From Balanoglossus misakiensis (lineage: Eukaryota > Animalia > Hemichordata), in the NCBI GenBank assembly GCA_040954595.2, contig CM082596.2, forward strand, positions 10,374,461 to 10,438,460: a stretch of DNA of 64,000 nt. The letters are read 5' to 3'. The position numbers and the translations under genes were made by a program. The notes under the pieces were generated by a model. That model worked only from the letters and a program-made list of their open reading frames with translations, ran no database searches and was not told the origin of the DNA. The number at the start of each line of letters is the position of its first letter. Position 1 is the first letter of the stretch. This document shows positions 1 through 10,197 of the stretch, in pieces.

Positions 1-887
1 TGGCAAAAAGGGCAGCGAGAGAGAGACTTTGTCCCTTTAATCGAATTTAAAGGACTTTAATTTAAACGATCCTACGAGCCAAGTTCGCACCTGGCCGATT
101 TCTCCCACGGACCGACTCCCCTGGATCTTGTATTCGATTCGATCGACAGCGTCATTTAAAGGTCTACGATGGCGGCGAGATTGTCCGGATTTGTCTGCCC
201 GGGTCGTAGTAGATACAATCTGTAAACATTGCACTGTGGATAGATAGCCATCTCATCTGTTTGTTGGATTTATGTACTCCTGTATCGTCCTCATGTACGG
301 GAATTGTGGGATAGCTTCATTTCCGCCGCGAAGAATAAAATATTTTGCTTTCTGAAAATATATTTTGTCATGCATGTAAAAGAAATTCGCCCGCCGAAAC
401 CTGAATTGCGCCCTCATGAAAAAGTTTATTAGTAGCAATAGAAAGAGCGCCCCCATAAGTTGTGTAACTAGAAATTAGATAAAAATATATTTACATCTGT
501 AAAATAAAATTTTCACCCGCGAAAAGTAATGTTACTTAAAAAGTTTTACAAAATTAAATATTTCTTTCCGGAAATAAAATAATTCTATGTAGTATAGATA
601 ATTTTATCTCAAGTCTTAGAAGTTTATTTTGGAAAAAAGTCTTAAAATTTTAGTCTCGGGAAAAAATAAAATTGGCTTTCGGAAATTAAACTTTTGTTCT
701 CTAAAATAGGAGTTGTGTAAAGTAAAATTATAGTTTTACTGTCAAAATTAAAAAGTTTACTCCACTGAAATTGAAATTGTGTGCGTCAAAATTATAGTTG
801 CCTTCACGAAAACTTTATTTTACTTTTGGGAGGAGATATTGTCTATAATTTTGAAAGTTTAACTTTCAAAATAATATTTTAGGCCTG
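1..887 (+). repeat. Scaffold segment X, copy 1 (non-coding; 1-36 is the end of the TTAA-flanked palindrome)
   Basis: Nearly identical direct copy at 22129-23017. Differences seen: A/G at 14, T/A at 285 and a 2-nt A-run difference near 538. A diverged inverted copy lies at 3359-5045. Confidence 0.93.
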
Positions 888-1412
888 ACATGATTTTCAC
901 CCATGATTGTTTTCAAAAATCGACGAAATTTTGAGATTTTGCAAAGTCGAAAATTTGTCATTTTTTGATGATTTTCACCCATGATTTTTTTCTTTTCAAA
1001 AATCGACAAATTTTGAGATTTTGCAAAGTCGAAAATTTGTAATTTTTTGATGATTTTCATCCATGTTTTTTTTCACAATTCAACGAACCCATGATTGTTT
1101 TCAAAATCGACGAAATTTTGAGATTTTGCAAGAACCCATGATTTTTTTCAAATTCGACGAAATTTTGAGATTTTGCAAAGTCGAAAATTTGTCATTTTTT
1201 GATGATTTTCACCCATGATTTTTTGCAAAAATCGACGAACCCATGATTTTTTTTCAAAATCGACGAAATTTTGAGATTTTGCAAAGTCGAAAATTTGTCA
1301 TTTTTTGATGATTTTCATCCATGTTTTTTTTTTCAAAATTCAACGAACCCATGATTTTTTTCAAAGTCGACGAAATTTTGAGATTTTGCAAGAACCCATG
1401 ATTTTTTTCAAA
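888..1412 (-). repeat. Short array of ~78-bp satellite A, T-rich strand on top
   Basis: Tandem units GATTTTCACCCATGATTTTTTTCAAAAATCGACGAAATTTTGAGATTTTGCAAAGTCGAAAATTTGTCATTTTTTGAT, with partial units. Confidence 0.95.
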
Positions 1413-3358
1413 ATCTCAAAATTTCGTCGATTTTGAAAAAAATCATGGGTTCGTCGATTTTTGAAAAAAAACATGGGAGAAAATCTTCAAAAAATGGGAA
1501 TTTTGTCGATTTTTGAAAAAAAAAAATCATGGGTGAAAATCATCAAAAAATGACAAATTTTCGACTTTGCAAAATCTCAAAATTTCGTCGATTTTTGAGA
1601 AAAATCATGGATGAAAATCATCAAAAAATGACAAGTTTTCGACTTTGCAAAATCTCAAAATTTCATCGATTTCTGAAAAAAATCATAGGGGAAAATCATC
1701 AAAAAATGACAAATTTTCGACTGCAAAATCTTAAAATTTCGTCAATTTTTGAAAAAAATCATGGGTAAAAATCATTAATAAATGAAAAATTTTCGACTTT
1801 GCAAAATCTCAAAATTTCGTCGATTTTTGAAAAAAATCATGGGTGAAAATCATCCAAAAATGACAAATTTTCGACTTTGCAAAATTTTCAAAAATTCGTC
1901 GATTTTTGAAAAAAAAATGGGTTATAGCTTATGAAAGTCATCAACAAATGACAAATTTTCGACTGCAAAATCTTAAAATTTCGTCGATTTTTGAAAAAAA
2001 ACATGGATGAAAATCATCAAAAAATGACAAATTTTCGACTGCAAAATCTCAAAATTTTGTCGATTTTGAAAAAAGTATGGGTTCGTCGATTTTTAAAAAA
2101 AATCATGGGTGAAAATCATCAAAAAATGACAAATTTTCGACTTTGCAAGAACTTCGAGATTTTCGTCGATTTTTGAAAAAAAAAATCGTGGGGGGGGGGG
2201 GAAATCATAAAAAAATGACAAATTTTCGACTTTGCAAAATCTCAAAATATCGTCGATTTTGGAAAAAAAAAACATGGGTTCGTCGAAAAAAAAACATCGG
2301 TGAAAATCATCAAAAAATGACAAATTTTCGACTTTGCAAAATCTCAAAAGTCCGTCGATTTTGAAAAAAAACATGGGTGAAAATCTTCAAAAAATGACAA
2401 ATTTTCGACTTTGCAAAAACTCAAAATTTCGTCGATTTTTGAAAAAAAATGGGTGAAAATCATCAAAAATGACAAAGTTTCGACTTTGCAAAATCTCAAA
2501 ATTTCATCGATTTCTGAAAAAAATCATAGGGGAAAATCATCAAAAAATGACAAATTTTCGACTGCACAATCTTAAAATTTCGTCAATTTTTGAAAAAAAA
2601 TCATGGGTAAAAATCATCAATAAATGAAAAATTTTCGACTTTGCAAAATCTCAAAATTTCGTCGATTTTTGAAAAAAATCATGGGTGAAAATCATCAAAA
2701 AATGACAAATTTTCGACTTTGCAAAATTTTCAAAAATTCGTTGATTTTTGAAAAAAAAATGGGATATAGCTTATGAAAATCATCAACAAATGACAAATTT
2801 TCGACTTTGCAAAATCTCAAAATTTCGTCGATTTTGAAAAAAATCATGGTTTCGTCGATTTTTGAAAAAAAAACATGGGTGAAAATCTTCAAAAAATGAC
2901 AAATTTTCGACTTTGCAAAACTGAAAATTTCGTCGATTTTTGAAAAAAATAATGGGTGAAAATCATCAAAAAAGACAAAGTTTCGACTTTGCAAAATCTC
3001 AAAATTTCGTCGATTTCTGAAAAAAATCATGGGTAAAATCGTCAAAAAAATGACAGATTTTCGACAGCAAAATCTTAAAATTTCGTCAATTTTTGAAAAA
3101 AAATCATGGGTAAAAATCATCAAAAAATGACAAATTTTCGACTTTGCAAAATTTTCAAAAATTCGTCGATTTTTGAAAAAAAAAAACATGGGTTCGTCCA
3201 TTTTTGAAAAAAAAAACATGGGTGAAAATCATCAACAAATGACAAATGTTCAACTTTGCAAAATCTCAAAATATTGTCGATTTTTGAATAAAAACATGGG
3301 TTCGTCGATTTTTGAAAAAAAAAACATGGGTGAAAATCGTCAAAAAATGACACATTTT
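1413..3358 (+). repeat. Satellite A array in inverted orientation, A-rich strand on top
   Basis: Reverse-complement units GAAAAAAATCATGGGTGAAAATCATCAAAAAATGACAAATTTTCGACTTTGCAAAATCTCAAAATTTCGTCGATTTTT; more degenerate than the long array. Confidence 0.95.
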
Positions 3359-3944
3359 TATCGTGGCCCCTACACGTCAATTTTAATTTATTATTTTGAA
3401 AGTTAAACTTTAATTTTAGATAGACAATATCTTTTCCCAAGAAGTAAACTTTAATTTTGGTGGCGGCAACTAATTTTGATGGACAAAACTTTTTGATTTT
3501 GACAATAAAACTTTAATTTTAATTATCACAAATTTTATTTTAGAGAACCAAATTTTATTTTTCGAAAGCAAATTTTATTTTTTCCAAGAATAATATTTTA
3601 ATAAGGATTTATTTTATCCAAAATAAACAGTAACAACTTGAGATAAACTTATTCATACTACGTGGATTTTTTTTTCAAAAAGGTATGTTTTAATTTTTAA
3701 AGAAAAAGTTCATTTTGTAAAATAACAAATTATTTTTCCCAGGTGAAAATATTTTACGGAGTTAAATTTTAATTTACATTTAAATAACCTTTAAACACTC
3801 GAGATAAAATTATATGTACTCGATGGAATTATTTAAATTTTTAAAACAAAATGTTTTTATTGCTTAAGAAAAAACAAATATTTACTAATGTTACAAATTA
3901 TTTTTCCCGGGTGAAAAGTTTATTTTACAGGGATCAATTTAATT

Positions 3945-4250
3945 TATAACACACCATGCAGCGAACCCTCGATCGTGATTCGTCAATACGACGTCACGTG
4001 ACCTTAGTCATTTCGAACTGTTGCCTTGGGCATCAGTTCGATAGGTTTGGTGTGTTATAAAACACATGATGGCTGACATATTCGGGCAACAGTGTATTTT
4101 TAATGACCTCGGGACTGCCAGTCACACCAAAACAGTCTGTTTTCCCTCGGGCTATGCCCTCGGGAAAACAAGACTGTTTTAGTTGTGACTAGCAGCACCC
4201 TCGGTCATCAAAATACACTGTTGCCCTCATTGTCAGTCATCATGTGTATA
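3945..4250. mobile_element. ~300-bp non-autonomous double-hairpin element inserted in X' (family unassigned)
   Basis: Absent from X. Hairpin 1 is TTATAACACACCA...TGGTGTGTTATAA (3944-4060). Hairpin 2 (4062-4247) has long arms around CCCTCGGG-CTATG-CCCTCGGG. TATA occurs at both ends (3945-3948, 4247-4250). Confidence 0.7.
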
Positions 4251-4693
4251 CTGATTTCTAGTAACACAACTTATGGGGGCGCTCTTTCTAATGCTACTGA
4301 CAAACTTTTGTTATGAGGGCGCAATTCAGGTTTCGGCGTGCGAATTTCTTTTACATGCATGACAAAATATATTTTCAGAAAGCGAAATATTTTTTTCTTC
4401 GCGGCGGAAATGAAGCTATCCCACAATTCCCGTAAATGAGGACGATACAGGAGTGCATAAATCCAACAAACACATGAGATGGCTATCTATCCACAGTGCA
4501 ATGTTTACAGATTGTATCTACTATACTACGACCCGGGCAGACAAATCCGGACAATCTCGCCGACGTATCGTAGACCTTTGAATGACGCTGTCGATCAAAT
4601 TGAATACAAGATCTAGGGGAGTCGGTCCGTGGGAGAAATCGGCCAGGTGCGAACTTGGCTCGTAGGATCGTTTAAATTAAAGTCCTTTAAATT

Positions 4694-5002
4694 ATGTTTC
4701 GTGTATGCTTCACATTTTACGTGTACAGTAAACCACAGTGCTGCTCTGTCCCTGTCCCTAGGCAGTTTGTGGAGTGACCGTGGTACAGTCGCCGCCGTTT
4801 AATCAGGACACCATGAGTTATATATAGCCGCTCTAGAAAACATGACCTCAGACAGGTCCCTCAGGACCGTGCCTCCAATTCAACGATCACGTAGATGGAC
4901 GCGCTGCCGCTTATGAGGTCACCGGGGAGCTTTCCAAAGTGGTCGCGTGGAGCTACTTCAGTCCGTCCTCGACGTGAAACACCCGAAATTGGAAGGGATA
5001 GT
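4694..5002. other. ~310-bp GC-richer segment present in X' but not in X; possible solo-LTR-like insertion
   Basis: Interrupts AATT|CGGTTAAAGGGAC relative to X. Contains TGTTTC(4695)...GAAACA(4981) inverted ends and a TATATA motif. No TSD found. Confidence 0.4.
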
Positions 5003-5009
5003 CGGTTAA

Positions 5010-5272
5010 AGGGACAAAGTCTCTCTCTCGCTGGCCTTTTTCCATTAATTATGTTTGATACAAGACGCCGTTTATGTTATTCTACATGTGGATATATGGT
5101 GAATCAACATTCGACCACACACAACTTCCATCTCGTTTGTAGGATATAAGAGTAAAACCTCGCCCAAAATGAATAAATTGTAAAAAACAAATATTCATTA
5201 TGGCGAGTTTTTTTCACTCTCCTGTCTATAAGAGGTATGGAAGTTGTGTGTGGTTGAATGTTCATTCACTAT
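5010..5272. mobile_element. Left part of a ~348-bp palindromic MITE-like element with TTAA|AGGGACA...TGTCCCT|TTAA ends (Kolobok/T2-like), split by the Gypsy insertion
   Basis: TTAA at 5006-5009 then AGGGACAAAGTCTCTCTC. Symmetry centre near 5184. The right arm continues at 22076-22164 and ends ACTTTGTCCCT-TTAA. Confidence 0.65.
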
Positions 5273-5863
5273 TGTCGCGGAATTATATTTCTAGCTACGC
5301 GGGTCCGCAACAAACGCCCGTCACGGTTCGAATCCACGCGGATAGACTGGTGAGGTCCACACACCAAAATAGTTGTCTCGGTAGCGTACGCCAATCGCGG
5401 GCCCAGCTCAACCTTGATACAATGGGTCTCCCAGAAAGGGCGAAGTAATAACGCACAACACAAATAGCAGCAATAAAAGAAACTCAATGTATTACTAAGA
5501 CGGTCGACAAAAACGTCCGACCTCAGCAGGTTACAGCTCCAATCTCACAACTTCTCCTAAGCACGAGTGAAAACGACGCATCCCTTGACAGGTCAGGTGA
5601 CATGAGCCTCCCACTGCCATTGGCCGAAAGTCGACGGGAAGGCGTGTCCCTGTCATTTTATAGGGAAAGGCAACAAACTGTATTTGGTCAAACGAACACA
5701 ACACTAGAACAATCGAATTGAAGTACTCTTTTCTGAACAAGCATGCATAAACTCGCGTTATAAAGAACGCCACCAGTTATCTGTATACGAAGGCAGAACA
5801 ATCTATGGCACTGGTAATAACGTCAGGCAAATGAGAATGACAACATGGAGAATTTCCATCACA
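5273..5863 (-). repeat. Gypsy 3' LTR
   Basis: TGTCGCGG...CCATCACA; no difference from 21485-22075 seen by eye. Confidence 0.96.
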
Positions 5864-5878
5864 TACCCCCTCCCTAGA
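5864..5878 (-). promoter_or_regulatory. Polypurine tract
   Basis: Minus strand reads AGGGAGGGGGTA immediately before the 3' LTR. Confidence 0.88.
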
Positions 5879-6029
5879 CCAAACTACTCGTATGTTTGAG
5901 TCTAACGATAACATAATGTCATTGTCATTGCCACTGTGGCATAAAAGTGCATTAAGAGTTCATACAGTTAAATTCCTATAGTTCAACGCTTCATCTTAAA
6001 GTCAGTCAACAGTTAACATCCCCAACAGG

Positions 6030-9000
6030 TCAGTTCTGTCCAAATCCATAGAAGTTTGTTGGTTTTCGTCTCCTCCTGGGGTATCGTCCAGTCACCACAG
6101 GTCCATCCTTGGTCAATATCTCGTTCCCTGCATTACCAGTTCTGTAATCCCCGGTATCATCCATAGAACAACCAGCGACGGGTTCCAGGTCCTGGTGTTC
6201 AACGCCCTCGGTATCGTCTTCAAGAAGTTCGATCCCAGCAACTGGTTTCACAATTTCTGTATCTTCTCCACCACATAACTGGGTAGTATTCTTCCCGTCT
6301 TCCTGTGTGTCGAAAGGCTGATCGGCTGGGAGTGATTCTTCGGCCTTAGATGGCAATTCAGTTTCTGGCATGCCATCCTGGATTCGCTGGTCCAGATCGG
6401 GCAAGCAGGAGCGATCCAACCAGGGGGTAAGTGGTTTCCCCTCGTAACGTTTCAATTTCTCAAAATGAACAACCTTATATTTCGCACGAGGGCTCCGCTG
6501 TATGCGGTACACAACATCAGAAACTCGACCAACCACCATATACGGACCCTCATAATTGAGCTGGAGTTTGGGACAAAACCCCTTCTTCCGTCGCTCATCC
6601 TTTAACCACACAAACTCTCCAGCAGTGAGTCCATCTTTGTCCAGATATCTATCATACTGTTTCTTTTGTATACGAGCACTGCGTTTCAGCTGCTCCCTGG
6701 CCCAAGCATGGGCATCCTGTATCTTGGAACGCAGGGTCCAAGCATAGTCCGACCCAACACTGTCATCATTTTCGAGGTTATTTTCAAACATCAGATCGAC
6801 AGGCAATGAAATTTCGCGCCCAAGCATCAGCATGTTTGGACTCTCCCCAGTAGAGGAGTGCACAGCAGACCTATAGGCCATGGTAACGTACGGCAAGTAA
6901 GTGTCCCAGTCACGTTGGTGGGCCTTGGGTTCCAAGTATGTCTTAAGAGACCCAACAATGAATTTCATTTGTCTTTCCACCATTCCATCACTCTGGGGAT
7001 GGCGAGGTGTCGTATACGTTTTGGAAGTTCCCACAAGAGAACATACCTCTCTGAAGACGGATGAAATAAAATCTCTGCCCCTATCCGAGTGAATTTCTTT
7101 GGGCATGCCAAAACGGCTGAACACATTACTTACAAGGGCTTCGGCTACAGTTACCGCCCTCTCATCTTTTATCGGGACACACTCTAGCCACTTTGTAAAA
7201 TAATCGGCAAAGACTAGCACCTTCTTATTGCCATTAGAGCTTTCTGGAAATGGCCCCAAGATGTCTATGGCTACCCTCTCCATCGGGCAACCAACGATAT
7301 AAGTCTGTAAGGGCGCTTTCTTCCGTCGACCTACAGACTGTCGACAAGCGCAAATATCACAACCTCTAACAAAAGATCGAACGTCTGCGGTCATACCAGA
7401 CCAGAAATATCGCAGACGCACCTTAGAAAGTAGCTTATCCATACCCAAATGACCCCCCGATTTGGCAGTGTGTAATTCCTGCAACACTGACTCTCGACAA
7501 TCCTGCGGTAGGTACAATTGCCACCGGACACGTAAACCATCGGCAGACTCAAATAGCCTGTATAAGACTCCATTTACAACACGCAAATGGTCGAATGAAG
7601 CCCAACAATTTTTGACCTCCGGAGAGAAGGTAGAAACATCCTCCCACTTAGGCCTGGCTTCCTTATTCTCTACAGCACAAATCAAAAGTTTCATACCGGC
7701 AACCCGGCATTGCTTTTCCCGAAGTTCTTCATTTGACCATACTGGTTTTGAGACAAGTACCCCTGGATCACCCTGTCCGTTCCCCTCACAGATACTCTCC
7801 GTCTCAATCTCAGCAGATCTGGCGGCCACACCAGACCTGCCATACTGATTCATCACGGACCCTGTTTGCAATTCCTTCACTTGGCCGAATTCATTATCCG
7901 ACGGATTTAACATAAAACAGCCATGGCTAGACTCTTCCTGTGTCTTTGTCTGACAGGTGGGAGCCTCAGTACTAGCATGCATCTGCCCACACTGTTTACA
8001 ATCATAAGCTGGCAACCGACTCAGGGCATCTGCATTTGCATGGCGTAACCCTGGTCTGTGCACAATAGTAAAATCAAACTGTTGTAATAGCTCCAACCAA
8101 CGGGCTAATTGCCCTTCTGGGTTCTTGAAACGCATCAGCCAAGTCAAGGATGCATGATCCGTACGCAAAATAAACTTACGACCAAGCAAGTAGTGTCGAT
8201 AATACTTCACAAAATTCACCACCGCAAGCAACTCCTTTCTAGTTACACAATACTTGCGCTCTGCACTTGACAACACTCTACCACCGTAACTGATGGGGCG
8301 TTCCACGCCATCTTGCACCTGTGCTAAAACAGCCCCGATGCCAGTGCCACTGGCATCCGTATCCAATATAAAAGTGTCATTTGCAGACGGAAATGCCAAC
8401 ACAGGGGCCACTGTCAAAGCATGCTTCAATTCATCAAATGCTTCCTGGCACTTTTCAGACCATACAAATACAACATTTTTCTTTGTGAGGTCATGTAAAG
8501 GCCTTGCCATTTCGGCGAAATTTTTCACAAATCGTCTGTAGTACGAAACAAGGCCAAGAAAAGCACGTACTTCTGTCACTGACCCCGGTGTTGGCCATTT
8601 CTCAATAATCTCAACCTTCCCCGAGTCAGTTGCAACACCTCCCGCTGAGACGTTATGTCCCAAAAACTCGACAGTGGTAGCAAACAACACACATTTATTT
8701 GGCTTCAACTTAAGCCCAGCCTGTCGTAAGCGATCGAATACCATTTTGAGTCGCGCTAGTTCGTCCTCAAATGACTTTGCGAAGACAATAACATCATCCA
8801 AATACAATAAAAGGATTTTCCATGATAATCCACTAAAACACCGCTCCATGATCCTTTCAAAAGTACTGGGTGCATTAGTTAGTCCAAACGGGAGGACTTT
8901 CCACTGATATAGGCCTGTCTTAGTGCAGAACGCTGTGTACGGTTGTGAATCTGGGTCTAATTCAATTTGCCAGTACCCAGATTGCAAATCAAGGGTGGAA

Positions 9001-9603
9001 AACCACTCTGCCCCATGTAAGGACTCAAGGGCATCATCGATTCTGGGAAGTGGAAAACTGTCTTTCACTGTCAGCGCATTCAATTTTCTATAGTCTACAC
9101 ACAGACGTTGGGACCCGTCCTTCTTTTTAACCAGGACTACTGGAGAAGCCCACGGACTTGTGGACTCTTCAATCAAACCCCTATCTAGTAAATCTTTCAC
9201 CTGTCTGTCCACTTCTTCCTGTTTCCAGATAGGCGTACGATATGGTCGTTGTCTGACGGGATTGCCATCGACCACCACCTTATGTTTAATAATATCCGAC
9301 CTACCTATGTCCCTATCATTCCGACTAAAGACATCGGCTGACTTAACCAGTAAATCAGCCAATTCTTGTCTCTGTTTTTCATCTAAGAGTCTACTACTTT
9401 TTTCATACAAATCAGAAAGATGGTCAGGTATCACAGTATCATATGTAGTGTTTCCATCCATAGTTTTTATGGATATCGCTCCAGTCCCCTTAGAATCACT
9501 CGGAGATAAATCAAATGGCTCTATTTCCCCATGCTCAACCCTAAGTAATGCCAGTACAGTCCCAGCTTTTACATGATGATCAGTTTCGTTAACATTAAGA
9601 ACT
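6030..9603 (-). CDS. pol: Gypsy pol, main part: reverse transcriptase, RNase H, integrase with GPY/F motif
   Basis: Motifs: SPWASPVVLV, RLCVDYRKLN, LPFGLTNAP, YLDD, DAS/TDH/NADALSR, HHCC zinc finger, DDE core, NYEGPY. The first ~50 aa of track ORF 6030-9752 belong to the Penelope insert. Confidence 0.96.
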
Positions 9604-9683
9604 GAGTTTGTATAGTAAAACAGGGTCAGTCCAACTACAGTATGTGTTCCCAATGGTGAAACTCGGCTGCTTGAGTAGTATGG

Positions 9684-10178
9684 ATGAGTTCGATGAGGAG
9701 ACAAGCGTCGGGTTTCATAAAAAGTTTTATTGTTAAAAACTTGTTCTACCAACGTTTCGATCCTTCACTGAGGATCTTCTTCAGGGATCTAAAAATAGCA
9801 AAATGTAGGTGGAAAATAAAAATGAGCTGTATGGTCAAAATCTCATTGAGTATTGTAAAAATAAAGTCTGAAACGAAGACAAAATTAAAAACAGTCGGAA
9901 CTGCAGTTGGACATGCGGACAAAAAATTAGACTTGAGTAAAATGACAACTTGTAAAACGGAATGATAAAAATAAATGTAGAGAGACAAGACAAAAGAAAC
10001 TTACTCAGCGGTGATGGTCTGAATGTGGTCTGAATAAAGACAAAGAGGACTCCCTAGTGTGGGAGGAAAAATCAAACGGACTGCCTAGCAGTAAACAAAG
10101 ACTATAGGTGGTGGGAAAAATATGAATATGAATGAAAGAAAAAAGTTCTACCAGTCCTTTTTGTTGATACCAGTGGGT
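9684..10178 (-). repeat. Inverted 5' pseudo-LTR of the Penelope-like element
   Basis: Reverse complement of 12621-13115; mirrored track ORFs are identical. Confidence 0.93.
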
Positions 10179-10197
10179 TAAAAGCAATATCACCAAT

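Larger units (their letters stand above)
3359..5009 (-). repeat. Scaffold segment X' (diverged inverted copy of X, with two insertions)
   Basis: 4251-4693 is the reverse complement of ~44-480 with high similarity. 3385-3944 is a more diverged reverse complement of ~480-875. Confidence 0.88.

Noticed and set aside
37-456. Small ORFs repeated in both X copies
   Set aside because: They are shared only because the DNA is duplicated; there are no recognisable motifs, and the inverted copy has indels.
5200-5773. Small ORFs in the LTRs (also 21421-21985)
   Set aside because: Chance ORFs duplicated with the LTR.
9604-9752. N-terminus of the 1240-aa ORF as genuine Gypsy sequence
   Set aside because: It lies inside the Penelope insertion as defined by the CATTAAGAACT duplication.
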